Notes: generated from the sequence alone by a model not told the origin. 64,000 nt of DNA from Octopus sinensis (GCF_006345805.1 NC_043003.1:88102001-88166000), one strand, 5' to 3'. Counted from the first letter of the stretch, positions 40,067-53,384 are shown. Program-made: numbers and translations.

Positions 40067-40563
40067 CAGGGTGTCCCAGAATTAATTATCTATTTCAGTG
40101 CAATAGGGCAATTTTTTTAAAGACTCCCCTTTTATTTATGTTTATCATGTTCAATATGTGTTAAAAGTGTATAAATTATTAATTTTGTTTATAATATTAT
40201 AATTTTTATGTTTTATAATGATTTTATAATTTTATTTTCATTCCTGTCAGCTCTTTTTCAATTTGGCTTCAATCATTTTCTCTACCTCCATACCCAGGAT
40301 GGAGCAATAGTTTAGCTGAACACATTTAGTTAGTAGTGTAGGAGATAACCCCCGAAATGCTTCAAAATGTGTTTTGCAACACTAAGGATAAATTTGAAAC
40401 TTCCAGGGATACAAACAGACCAAATGTTGAAAATTTTCAGGTAAGATTTATAAATCTATTTGTTTTTGTATCATAACTAAATAACAAACATAAAATTCTG
40501 TCAGTTTCTTTTCAAAATTTGACCGATTTCATTGAAATAAATAAATAATTCTGGGACACACTG
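40067..40563. mobile_element. Tc1/mariner-type MITE
   Basis: CAGGGTGTCCCAGAATTA ... TAATTCTGGGACACACTG-TA TIRs. Confidence 0.8.
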
Positions 40564-40859
40564 TATATATAGATATGACTGCGTGTGCAGGTTTTAAGCT
40601 ATATTGAGGACAATTCAAAAATATATTTTTTTCTATAAAGAATTTTACCTACTAAATGTGATATACTCCAAAAAAAATAATATGTGTGTGTGTGCATGTA
40701 ATAGATTTAATGAAATAGTTATGAATATGTAAGTGAAATGTAAGTTACTAATAGCAGATTTATTCAAAGATTTTAAAGACAATGAGGTTTAAATTTTGGC
40801 ATAAGGTCAGGTATTTTAAGAGGAGTGGGTAAATTGAAAACCTTAAATCAAAGGACAGA

Positions 40860-40970
40860 TTCCAAATACATAATCATAATCATTCCAAATACATAATCAT
40901 TTGTATAATCATATACAAAATATAAGTCACTTATACAAAATATAAGTCAATTATACAAAATATAAGTAAA
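40860..40970. repeat. Minisatellite (TATACAAAATATAAGTCA.T x3, plus a TTCCAAATACATAATCAT duplication)
   Basis: Direct tandem units are visible. Confidence 0.75.
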
Positions 40971-41279
40971 TTTTCAAGCTGTATATAAACATACTAGACC
41001 ATCTATAATATACATATATACACCAAAATACACAGATGCATGTACATAGTTAAGTATATATTCAGACATACATAAGACATAAATATATACACAAGTTCAC
41101 ACATATACATATATGTATACATACATGCATGCACATAAAATCTCTTGGTTACATACACATGTAAGACAAATACATACACAAATACAGGACAGTTATTACA
41201 GACAAGAGAAATAGAAAGTATACCTTAAGCATAGGGAGGAGGTAAAAACTAGCGAGAGACTGGCCGAGGACTGGCAAAC

Positions 41280-44200
41280 CAGATGGCTGCACCAGGTTCC
41301 AATCTGATCTGGCAGAGTTTTTACAGCTGGATGCCCTTCCTAACGCCAACCACTCTGAGAGTGTAGTGGGTGCCTTTACATGCCACCGGCATGAGGGCCA
41401 GTCTGGCGGTACTGGCAATGGTGTTTTTTTACGTGCACAGGAGTCAGTCCAGCGGCACTGGCAACAACCTTGTTTGAATGTTCTGTTCATGTACCAGTAA
41501 GGCAGCGCTGGTTACGATCATGCTCAAATGGTGCTTTTTACATGCCACTGGTACGGAAGCTAGGCAGCAGCTCTGGCAGTGATCCCTCTTGGATGGAGCT
41601 GTTAGAGCTCCACTGGCACGGGTGCCAGTCATCAAATTTGGCTCAATTTCAATTTCACTTGCCCCAAAAAGTCTTTGCAAGTAGAGTTTAGAGTCCAAAG
41701 AAGGAAAGGTACGCATAAGTGGGCTGGTTACACAACTAGTCATTGCCTTGGTGAGGCCTAATGTTCAAAGGTCGTGCTTCACCACCTCATCCCAGGTCTT
41801 CCTCAGTCTACCTCTTCCACAGGTTCCCTCAACCGCTAGGGTGTGGCACTTTTTCACACAGCTTTCCTCATCCATTCTCGCCACATGACCATACCAGCGC
41901 AATCGTCTCTATTGCACACTACAACTGATGCTTCTTAGGTCCAACTTTTCTCTCAAGGTACCAACACCCTGTCGAGTATACACTCTGATATTACACATCA
42001 ATCGGAGCATACTAACTTCATTCCTTGTGAGCTTACGCATGTCAGCAGTCACGGCTCATGTTTCACTGCCACGTAGCATAGCTATTTGTACACATATGTC
42101 ATACAGTCAGCCTTTTACTCTCAGCGAGAGGCACTTTGTCACCAGCAGAGGTAAGAGCTCTTTGAACTTTGCCCAGGCTATTCTTATTCTAGAAGCTACA
42201 CTTTCAGCGCACCCTCCCCCGCAATAGACTTGGTCACCTAGGTAATGGAAGCTATCAACTACTTCTAGTTCTCCCTGGAATGTGGCAGAAGTTGTTCTCT
42301 GCACATTTTCAGTGTTTATTGCTACTGAGCATCTGCCACATATAATAACTATCTTCCTAGTTAGCCTTCCTTTGATATTGCTGCACCTCTTATGTGTCCA
42401 TAGCTTACACTTGGTACATCTTATAGAGTTTCTATGTATGCCTTTTCTACAGATCGAGCAGGGTCATTTACCTAAAGGAGTTTGTGGTTTGTCTATCTTC
42501 CTACTTATTAGGACTCTGGTTTTAGCTAGGTTGACTCTAAGGCCCTTCGATTCTAATCCTTGCTTCCACACATCTATGATAAATAAGGAGGGGGCTGAGG
42601 ACTGAACAATGGTGGACCCCTACCTCTACCCTGAATTCTTCACTGTACTCGATGCTAACCCTCACCTTACTGATGGTGTCCCTGTACATGGCTCGCACAG
42701 CTCTCACTAACCATTCATCCATCCCTAGTTTCCTCATTGACCACCAGATAAGGGATCGGAGGACCCTGTCAAAGGCTTTCTCCAAGTGAACAGAGGTTTA
42801 TTTTGGCTAGGTATTTCTCCTGCAGCTGTCTTACCAGAAATATAGCATCAGTGGTGCTTTTCCCTGGCACGAACCCAAACTGCATCTCATCTAAACTGAC
42901 TCTCTCTCTAATTAGTTGAGCTATGACCCTCTCTGTGACCTTCATTACTTGATCCAACGACTTGATACCTCTGTAATTATTTGTATTTAAAGCATCACCT
43001 TTAACTTTGTAGCAGTTGACTATGGTGCTGCTACACCAGTCATTGGGTATGACTCCTTTGTGTATCACCTGGTTAACTATACAGGTGACTAGGCCATAGC
43101 CGACACTGCCAGATATTTTGAGCATCTCTGCAGAGATTCCTGATGGGCCGGGGGCTTTCCTTGTCTTCATACTCTTGATTGCTTTATCTACCAAAGTAAT
43201 GTCAATTCAGATAGCTGGTCCATCTGTTGGGTCGACATTCGGCAGACTCTCTTTCTCTCATTCATTCTCTTTATTGAGCAACCTTTCATAGTGGCATCTC
43301 CAAACCTCTCTCTCTTTGCAGCCTCATTTAGTGCAAGTGAACCATCATCCATGCGGACACATTTCTCTTTCACACACTGTCTAGCAACACGAAATACCTC
43401 AAGTCTTTGGTCCTCACGGCGCAGAACATTCACAAATTTTTTTTAATCTGCTTCCTCCAAGCCTGCTTCTTTTGTCTAATAGCCCTGTCAACCACATAGT
43501 CCACCACCACGTTATCTTGGGTCGAGATGGGACTTTGCACCATCCACAGATCTGGTCAGTGGCTCTCAGTAGGTTGTCCCGTAGAAACCTCCAGTTGTCT
43601 TCCACATTATGTGATTCTATATGCCCTTCTATTTCATCAAAGGGTTCAAGTAATACGTCTCTAAATCTCTGTCCATTTGCAGGATCTTTAAGCTTCCAGA
43701 CCCTTCTCCTCCAAGCTGGTCTTCTTCTGGGCATCCATTTAGACCTGATCCTGAAGTCGCTAACTACTAATCTATGTTGAGGGGTAAATTCTTCGCCTGG
43801 GAAGGTTATGGCATTTATAAGCAGCCCTCCTTCCCTTTTTCTGGCGAGGATGTAGTCAATTTGGCTAGTGTGTCTGCCAGAACGGTAGGTGACTAGGTGA
43901 GAGGTGGGTTTCCTGAAGTTGGTATTGCAAATCATAAGATCATTTGCATTGCAGAACTCCAGCAGCCTGGTTCCCTCCTCATTGCGAGAACCAAAACCGT
44001 AGCCTCCATGTATGCCATGAAAGCCCCTGACATGCTGAGCAACATGCCCATTGAAGTCACCAGCCACAAAGAGAAGGCCCCTGCCATTTGTCAACGAGGT
44101 AGTCTACAATAGGGTGTCATAGAATCGGTCTTCCTGCCCTTCCGGTAGCCCCGGTTGATGGGCATAGGCCGAGATAATGGTAGCTGACCTATGGTGAAGC

Positions 44201-44550
44201 ACTAATCTAATCTTAAGTACTCTGTCACATACTCTGACTACCTCGATTACTTTATCAATCCATTTCTCCGCAAGAAGTATACCCATGACCCCGACCCTGT
44301 CAGTGTTCCCTGCTCAGAAAATCTTGTACTGTGTTCTTTGCCCGTGAGGAACCTAGCGGAACCTCCTCTCCACCTTACTTCTTGGATGCAGCACAAATCT
44401 ACACATCTCCGTTCAAGCATCTCAACAATCTCACCAGACCTACCTTTCAGTATGCCGACATTGTGTGCCAACTCTGAGGGTGTGGGAGGTGTGGGCCAGT
44501 GAGACCCTGGGACGGGGGACAGCAGTGTCATGTACCTGCATACGCCACAC
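41280..44550 (-). mobile_element. RTE LINE, near full length, decayed
   Basis: APE and RT motifs across fragmented ORFs; the 5' half is nearly identical to 32560-33555. Confidence 0.92.
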
Positions 44551-45504
44551 TATTTTTATGCACTATATGAATGATAAACTTTACGTAGGGGTGGGGATGG
44601 TGTTAGGCCCTTAGAAGTGTTTGCGGGAGGTACACAAGGATGATAGAGGATAGGAACTTCCAGTAAAGGTGGAAGAAATGGGAGGGTGGGCGTACCATGG
44701 GCCAGCAAATTTAGACGAGAGCATCGTCTTCTGCACTTGTATACTATGGTTAGACAAATTTAGAGAGAATGAATGAACGAAATGATAGACTTGAATAAAA
44801 TAAATAAAATGTGACAATTAACGGATATGCATGACCTTAAGACAAACGTATTTTGGGGATTTTGGGAAACATGATTTAAAGAAACAGCAGTGGTAAATCG
44901 AAGAGAGAGAGAGAGACAGTGAGGCAGAGAGAGAGGGGTCAGGCAATAAATACAACGCGAGAAAGACGAATATTCTTTGGGATTTTGGGTAACATAATTT
45001 AATGAAACAGCAAATGCCGATGAGTTTAGACGAGAGCATCTTCTGTACTTGTATACTACGGTTAGACAAATTTAGGGAGAATGAATTAACGAAATGATAA
45101 ACTTGAATAAAATAAATAAAATGTGACAATTAATGGATATGCATGACCTTAAGACAAACAAGGAAGACGAAGCTATCGGAACTAGATATGTACATAAATA
45201 CATATTCACACAAATATAAGTGTATACACATATACATATACATCCATGTACTATGTATGTAAATATAAACATACACATATACACAGACGCACACATACAA
45301 ATACATATGCATGCCTACAATACACGCATCCACATAAAAACACACCTAGATCCAACATGCTCAGTGTATATAATAATAAAATTGGATAAAAGACATTCGT
45401 AAAATGCAGCACCATGCATAGAATTATCTATAAATATAACAATTAAATAGGTTCATAAAATATAATAAAATAATAAAAGTTTAAACTTGAAAATAATATA
45501 TATA

Positions 45505-48140
45505 TAACATTATTTACATTTGACTGATATTTGTCCTCATCTCGTTTGTTGTTAACACAATGTTTCGGCAGATATACCCTTCAGCCTTCTTCAGGTGCCT
45601 TGGGGAAATTTCAAACCTGGGTTCTCATTCCTAAGGTATTTTTCGATGTTGTTATTATTATTATTATTGTTGTTATTGTTCAGGTCACTGCTTGGAATCA
45701 AACTCAGAATCTTGGGGTTAGCAGCCTACACTCTTAACCACTACGTCATATGCCCATGGGCAATTATGGAGTGAATTTTAGGGCTTATAAATCTAATATT
45801 TTTCTATCCTTCCTTAATACCAGTTCCCATATGCTGCTCATATTTGCATTTGGTCTGCTTAGGAGGCTGTTGTGTCCAAGCATATTGTGCTGCTCTTTTA
45901 GTTTTCGTATTTTCCAGTGGTGTTCTCTGTCTATTATTTTAACTTCATCCCACAGGGGGAGTTGGTCTCTGTTTTTCCATACATGATCAGCTATACCCGA
46001 TTTATCAATATTTCCTCGTGTAACAGCTTTGCGATGTTCGTCTACCCTTATTTTGAGGGGGCAGCATGTTTCACCTTTGTATAACCTACCACAACTGCAT
46101 GAGATGGAGTAAACACAGTCTTTGGTCATATTTTCTTCTATTAGTGGTTTTACTCGAAGGAGATATTTACGAAGTGTTGTATTACTTTTGAATACTGTCC
46201 TGATGTCATATGGGCCAAATATCTTTTGTATCTTTTCGGAGAGGCCTTTCAGATAGGATAGGCAAACCGTGGACAGTTTATTGGCCTCATCCTCTCTCTT
46301 CTTCATAATTGGAGTGAATAGTATACTTTCGGGGTAGTTGTTGCTTAACAGATCATTTCTTCGTGGTGTGTATCACGATCGCTACTTATATTCTTTGCAT
46401 GATGTTTTAGGCACTGAGCGATCCTTCTCTTTACACTGTATTGAAGTGGGAATTGAAGTTGAGGTATCGTCCAGTAAAGGTCGGTTTGCGGTATACGGAT
46501 GTCTTGAATACATACTTGATGTGTGCTATTAATACGTCCCAGAATGTCAGCTGATTGTCTTTTTTTAACTGTATGGATGGATTTATTGAGTTTACATGAT
46601 CTAACAGCACTTGGACATCTTGGTGGGGCCAGAGTATAAAGGTGTCATCAACATATCGTAGCCATAGTATTGGATTTAGTGGTGTTGATCCTAAAGCCAA
46701 ATTCTCAAACTATTCCATGTATATATTGGCTATTACCAGTGATAATGCCGAACCCATAGCTAAAGCCTCCTCTTGTCGATATATATCAGTGTCCATACTG
46801 AAATAGGTAATTTATACACAGAAGGTCGACATTTCCATGAAGTTTCTTATTGGTATACTAGTGCGTTCTTTTAGATGGGTGTCTGTCACTAGTTTTTCTT
46901 GAATCACCAATGGTGCTTCACCAGTTGGGACTTTGGTGAACAGGATTATCACATCTAGACTCACCATCTGGTTGGATTCAATGGGCACATCCTTGATCAA
47001 TTCTGTGAAGTGGGTGGAATTCTTCACGTACGATGTTGACTTTCTTGCTAATAGACTGACTATATCCACAAGGAAGCGGCTCAGTGGATGACATGCTGAA
47101 TCTCTACAGCTCACTATAGGTCTTAATGGAATACCATCCTTGTGAGTCTTAGGAAGACCGTACATGTGTGGTAGTTTACTGTGGTGTTGAGTCAGTTGTC
47201 TGTACTTCATCATCATCATCATCATCATCATCTTGTTATTGATCAAGATCTGTGAACTTCCTCTCTGTTTTCAAAGTAGGGTCTTTCTTTACTTTGCTGT
47301 AGCTACCATCACTTATAAGACTTGCCAAGTTTTCTGAGCAGTCAGACTTGTTCATCACCACTGTAACATTTCCCTTGTCTGCCAGAAGTATTATGATGGA
47401 ATTGTCACTCTGATAGTGAACTTTTCTTCCTTAGTGATGTTTGATTTGGCAAGTTTCACTTTTTCCAGTACCTGTCTCACTTGCCACTTTAGTTGGTATC
47501 TTTACGGTTATCTCTTCAATCGGGGCTATTATGTCCAAGTATGGAATTCACTTGATGGTTGTCGCAAAGTTGAGACCTTTGTTCAGTACTGCTTCTTCAG
47601 AGCTTTCTAGGTGTCGGCTACTTACATTAATTACTGCTTTCACATGTGGGTGATGGATTTCAGTCTTCATTCTCTGACCTTTGAGTTTCATAAACTTCTT
47701 AATCTGGTGTGTCTTCATCATTTCAGATTCTTTCATGTACGACTTTACCAGATCTTGTTGGATTCTCTTTCTATCATCATCTCTGGTTATTTTCCTACGT
47801 AAGGAAGATAAACTCTCTTTGATTTCGTTATTTAGTTGATGTCTTTTCCAACGGTTGTAATGGATCCTCTCACGGATGAGGGCATGTCCTGCCCTTTCTG
47901 CTACTCTTCTAGCTTTATATGAATCCACTGGTGTTATTATATTCGAGCCAGGTGGTATTAGCTTTGAGTCTCTACATCTACATAAGAAAGTTAGATGGTT
48001 TGAAAGACAAGCTAGTTTTTGATGGAGTTTCTGTATATGTTTCCATTGAAGTCTAATGTCAGCTCCGTACCGATTAGATAATACAGTTTTATATAACAAC
48101 AAACAAGATGAGGACAAATATTTGTCGAATGTAAATAATT
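45505..48140 (-). mobile_element. Penelope-like element (Penelope/Poseidon type), decayed, with a 3' pLTR and a short inverted pLTR fragment at the 5' end
   Basis: LSNHLTFLCRC...VLNKGLNFA, PHMYGLPKTHKDGIPLRPIV, SLDV..LFTKVP, MGSALSP, WLRYVDDTF, and GIY-YIG VYSISCSCGRLYKGET..LKIRVDEH. 45510-45555 is inverted relative to 48095-48140. Confidence 0.9.
45554..45599 (-). ncRNA. Minimal type I hammerhead in the PLE pLTR, probably inactivated
   Basis: GGCAC-CTGAAGA-AGGC...GCC-GAAA-CATT/GTGTT. Stem III would be the palindrome AACGTT before an inferred CG>CA change. Confidence 0.6.
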
Positions 48141-48289
48141 TCTCATCTCTTAAATATAGAACAATATATATAACAGTCGAAGGCTTTCTTAAAGAATATG
48201 GTGAAATACATACAATATTGTTGCGATGCGAAACAAACATACTACAAAGCACGAATTCCACAGTGGTATTGGAAACTAGTACAAGATTC

Positions 48290-49300
48290 AAAAAATATAT
48301 ACTATCCATATGGTATTTTGTTGGCTGACATTTTAAATTTTGTTGCATGCCTGCAGGAACTTAAGAGTTCGTGTTTTTGATTCAAAGTGCTATTGTCCTG
48401 GAATAAAATAAAGAGTTTCTTCGAAAGGAATAAATCGCATTTGATGGGCCTTTTATGAGCACAATGTCTGAAAGGTGATGCTTTATCTAAAATTTTCCAT
48501 GTCACATTGAAAGGACGGGTTTCATTTTCTTTCAATTCCCAGGCATGTTTTGCCAGATTGGTCTTTGTCCTATTTTCGGGGAATTTCTATGTGAATAAAA
48601 TCTGGTCTTGAAAGAATTTTCTGAAGCCCCTGTATATGTTTTATATTCATGTGAGACTTCTATTTGTACTTTGCCCCCATACACAATCCCTTTCTCCAGA
48701 CATTTTCCTTCCAACGGACAGGAGGTCTCAGCTTTGCAATTGCAATTCTTCAGATCAGAATTGGCACTGGTTATTTGTAATTATTTTAGTGTTGTGTTGG
48801 CTAATGAAAGAGGTGAAGTTTTTACAACAATAATAGCTAATCTTCAGCGTTCTTCTATTAAATATTCTGTAAAACTTATGATTAGGCTGAAAATATTTAG
48901 AGACTAATTTTAAGAATTCCCTACCTATATTAGTTTTTACAGCCATATTAAAAGCTGGGTTGAACCACAAAACCCTCCTAGTTCTAGTTCTACATGTGGT
49001 ATTACTGCCAGCATTAACTGGGTTATACTGGATCTCAGAGAAGTCCCTATTCCTTAATGCATTATTGCAATAGGGTGCAGCATTTTGAAATGCTGTCTCA
49101 TCCAAAGAAGTTGACGATATTCGTCTACCTACATTACTGACTGGGTTCCTAATATTAACTGGTGGAGGACTGGATTCTTTGCTAATATAAGATAGCTTTT
49201 CATTAGGCTTACGGTAAGGTCTGAATTTATCTAACTGTAAATCTAAATTTTTATCTCAGTAATCTACACTTTTCAGGTTAGTATCTATCGTAACCTGTAA
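48290..49300 (-). mobile_element. Penelope-like element (Naiad-type), 5'-truncated: thumb, linker and GIY-YIG
   Basis: WFNPAFNMAVKTNIGREFL, IFNRRTLKISY, CNCKAETSCPLEGKC, TYTGASENSFKTRFYSH, CRHATKF. Confidence 0.85.
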
Positions 49301-49329
49301 GCCCATTCCCTCTCTCTCTCTTTGGGAGA

Positions 49330-49512
49330 GGCACAAGCACCTACACGCACATATACACACACGGCAGTAACTTCCACCTACCGAGTTCAATCACAAAGCT
49401 CCGGTCAGCTCGGGGCTATAGTGAAGACACCTACCCAAAGTGCCACGCAGTGGGACTGAACCCGAAACCATGTAACTAGGAAGCAAGCTCCCTAACCACA
49501 CAGCCATGCCCG
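49330..49512 (-). mobile_element. tRNA-derived SINE
   Basis: Reverse copy of the 1384-1540 family. Confidence 0.75.
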
Positions 49513-49580
49513 GAAAGCAATTAGATCCTTCCTAAGCTTATCTAATTCGTGGCTGTTTAAATTATGGGTGACTATAAGGC

Positions 49581-50545
49581 CATAGACTGGTTTCTGCACT
49601 GGCATAATAGCTTCAGCTTCCTCAGCAAGTGTTACCATGATAGAAACCTCCACTCCATCGTGTTGAAGTCTGCGCTGCAAATGATTTGTTATGCGCCGAA
49701 ATCATGGCAGCCACCAGTGTGAAAATAATTCATGAAAAATTAATTTGCAAAGATATCATTGTCTCTGTTATTATCTAGTGTAACAATTTAAAAATGATAA
49801 TAACAGAATCAATTATATAGGCAACTGCAGGCCTCAAAAAAAGCATTAAATAGCTGAAGGATTAAAATTAATCAAAGGACATAGTATGTCTACCTACAGG
49901 AAATAACAGTCAAAACTTATTTAAATCACCAAAATGCACTAATAATAACTACAGAAATCAACTGTCTGAAGGCAAACAAGCTAAGACAATTTCCCAGCAT
50001 ACATCAATGGCAGCCACCAGTGTGAAAATAATTTCGATACGGAGCAAATAATTCACTAGATAATAACAGAGTCAATGATATCTTCACAAGTTATTTTTTC
50101 TTGAATTACTTGCTCTGTATAGAAATTATTTTCACACTGGTGGCTTTCAGTGCAAAACGAAGACTTTAACACAACAGGTAGGAGTTCTCTATCATGGAAC
50201 AACATGCTGAGGATGCTGAGACTATTATGCCAGTGCAGAAACCAGTCCATGTGAGTCCAAATACTTGAATGTATGCTGGGAGATTGTCCATCTGCTTTTG
50301 GACGGTTGATTTCTGTAGTTATTACAAGTGTATTTTGGCGATTTAAATACGAGTTGACTGTTATTTCCAGCAGGTAGACATACTTAGCTTATCCTTTGAT
50401 TAATTTTAGTCCTTCAGTTATTTAATGCTTTTTTGAGGCCTGCAACTGACTATATCATTGATTCTGATATTATTTTAAAATTGTTACACTAGATAATAAC
50501 AGAGTCAATGAGATCTTCGCAAATCATTTTTCTCGTGAATTATTT
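49581..50545. mobile_element. Nested foldback element with decayed outward-facing hammerhead motifs
   Basis: 49585-49800 is inverted at 50055-50245, and 49735-49970 is inverted at 50300-50545. Confidence 0.75.
50202..50252 (+). ncRNA. Minimal type I hammerhead-like motif; predicted GUC cleavage after 50247
   Basis: ACATG-CTGAGGA-TGC...GCA-GAAA-C CA G-TC/CATGT. Stem I is 5 bp; stem III is only 2 bp. Confidence 0.6.
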
Positions 50546-50559
50546 GCTCTGTATATGTA

Positions 50560-50945
50560 TCATCATCATCATCATCATTTAACGTCCGCTTTCCATGCTA
50601 GCATGGGTAGGATGGTTCAACTGGGGTCTGGGAAGCCAGAAGGCTGCACCAGGCCCAGTCTGATCTGGCAGTGTTTCTACAGCCTGATGCCCTTCCTAAT
50701 GCCAACCACTCCATGAGTGTAGTGGGTGCTTTTTATGTGCCAGACAAGGCTGGCAAACAGCCACGATCGGATGGTGCTTTTTATGTGCCACCGGCACGGA
50801 GGCCAGACGAGGCTGGCAACGGCATGATCGGATGGTGCTTTTTACGTGCCACCGGCACGGAGACCAGTCAGGGCGGCATTGGCTACGGCCACGTTCGGAT
50901 GGTTCTCTTACTGGCACTGGTATCACAGCTACAAATTCCATTTGT
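50560..50945 (-). mobile_element. RTE 3' UTR fragment
   Basis: (CAT)n plus the RTE terminus and GTGCC-GGT-GGCAC modules. Confidence 0.85.
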
Positions 50946-51029
50946 TGATCGATTATGATTTTGATTGTATATATATATATTTTGATGTATATGTATATAT
51001 ATATATATTTTCATATGAGGAAGAGTAAA

Positions 51030-51685
51030 AAATTACACATTCTTGTTTTTCAATGCATTTACACAATAGCAAAGGATAAACAAGTATGTCATTCTGTATA
51101 GTCTCCTCCATTTTTGATGAACTTGGTCCAGCAGTCCACAAGCTTGCATATTCCCTCTGAGAGGGTTTATGGTTGGTCATGCAACCATTTATGCACCACT
51201 TCCTTCACATCTTCATCTGTAGGAAATCAATGACCTTGTAAACCATGTTTACAAGACATGACAGTTGGAAGGCTGTAGGCAGGGTGTTCCAGCACCTCAA
51301 AACCCAATGGTTTCAATGGTGGCTGTGTGTGGGAATGCATTGTCATGCAACAACAAAATTTTCTTCGACACTAAGCTTTGTTATTTGGTGCGAATTATTA
51401 GTTTCAGTTTGTTGGCCAGCAAAGCACAGTATTTTGCACTGTAGATCATATACCCTTTTTCCAGAGAAATCGAATCACTGCTCTTTGTTCTTCTTTAGTG
51501 CACATTGCTAGTGGAGCAGCCATGCTTACACTGTAAAGCCAGAAAGAAAAATGGCACCAGCAGGCTCAAACTTTGATCACGTGACCACAATAGTAGCAGC
51601 TATACACATGCACAGAAGACAGTGTGACAGTAATAAAGATATGTTTTGGCGAAAGCGTGGCTAATTTTTAACTTCCCCTGTATAT
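51030..51685 (-). mobile_element. Mariner transposase C-terminal fragment, decayed
   Basis: LEHPAYS; DEDVKEVVHKWLHDQP...GICKLVDCWTKFIKNGGDY. Confidence 0.7.
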
Positions 51686-51719
51686 ATATATATAGTATAT
51701 ATATACACGCAATAAATCA

Positions 51720-51754
<35 letters not shown>

Positions 51755-52099
51755 ACAAACACAACTGTATATAATATATATCATAATGATATTCATTCTC
51801 CGATTGTAGCATCAAGACAGTTTAAGTATATATTAATAAAATTTGGCTGAAATTGATGGGTGAGCATTTGCCTAATCAGATTTACAAGGAGCTATGAAAG
51901 TGTCAATTTGTGAAGTTTGATTCAGCCTAAGGCTAGCTCATCATTTTCAGTCATCTATTTATATTAAAAAATTGTTGCTTCAAATCGGAGAATAACTATT
52001 ATTATGATATATATTATACACAGTTATTATAGTATGATCCTTCCATAGTAGCTTTCTCTCTGTAATGCGCAAAGCCTTTTGGGTTCATTTTTAATATAT

Positions 52100-53340
52100 A
52101 TATCATCATCATTTAGCGTCCGCTTTCCATGCTAGCATGGGTTGGACGGTTCAACTGGGGTCTGGGAAGCCAGAAGGCTGCACCAGGCCCAGTCTGATCT
52201 GGTAATGTTTCTATGGCTGGATGCCCTTCCTAACAACAACCACTCCGTGAGTGTAGAGGGTGCTTTTTACGTGCCACCGGCACAGTTGCCAGACGGGGAT
52301 GGCAAACGTTCACGGTCGGATGGTGCTTTTTACGCGCCACCAGCATGAGGGCCAGGCGAGACTGGCAACGGCCACGATTGGATGGCGCTTTTTACATGCC
52401 ACCGGTACGGGGGCCAGGCGAGTCTGGCAACGGCCACGATCGGATGGTGCTTTTTACGTGCCACCGGCACAGAGGCCCGTCGGGGCAACGCTGGCAACGG
52501 CCACGTTCGGATGGGTCGCTTACGTGCCACTGGTACTGGTATCACAGCTACAATTTCCATTGATGTTGATCGATTTTGATTTTGATTCTGATTCTCACTT
52601 GCCTCAACAGGTCTTCACAAGTAGAGTTTTGTGTCCCAAGAACCCAAGAAAGAAAGGCATGCATAAGTGGACTGGCTACATCCCAGGTAGAGGCCATGGG
52701 TTATGGTCTCACTTGTCCTGCTGGGTCTTCTCACGCACAGCATACTTCCATACGTCTCGGTCTCTAGTCATTTCCTCAGTGAGACCTAAAGTTCAAAGGT
52801 CGTGCTTCACCACCTCATCCCAGGTTTTCCTGGGTCTACCTCTTCCATGGGTTCCCCTCAACCACTAAGGTGTGGCACTTTTTCACACAACTATCTTCAT
52901 CCATTCTCGTCACATGACCATACCAGCGCAAACGCCTCTCTTGCACACCACAACTGATGCTTCTTAGGTCCAGCTTTTCTCTCAAGGTACTTACACTCTG
53001 TCGAGTATGAACACTGACATTACACATCCATCGGAGCATACTGGCTTCATTTCTTGCAAGCTTACGCATATCCTCAGCAGTCATGGCCCATGTTTCACTA
53101 CCATGTAGCATGGCTGTTCGTACACATGCAACATACAGTCTGCCTTTTACTCTGAGTGAGAGGCCTTTTGTCACCAGCAGGGGTAAGTGCTCTCTGAACG
53201 TTGCCGAGGCTATTCTTACTCTAGCAGTTACACTTTCAGCACACCCACCCTCGCTACTGACTTGGTCACCTAGGTAACGGAAGCTATCAACTATTTCTAG
53301 TTTTTCTCCCTGGAATGTGGTGGAAGTTGGTCCCAGCACA
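52100..53340 (-). mobile_element. RTE LINE 3' fragment
   Basis: ORF 52836-53339 matches the RTE C-terminus; complete 3' UTR and (CAT)n. Confidence 0.92.
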
Positions 53341-53384
53341 TTTTATATACACTCATATATAAATACATACACACAGGCACATAT

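Noticed and set aside
49492-49680. ORF MQRRLQHDGVEVSIMVTLAEEAEAIMPVQKP, superficially resembling the AEE tail of eIF2B epsilon
   Set aside because: It lies upstream of the W2 exons and is the minus-strand arm of the HHR-foldback.
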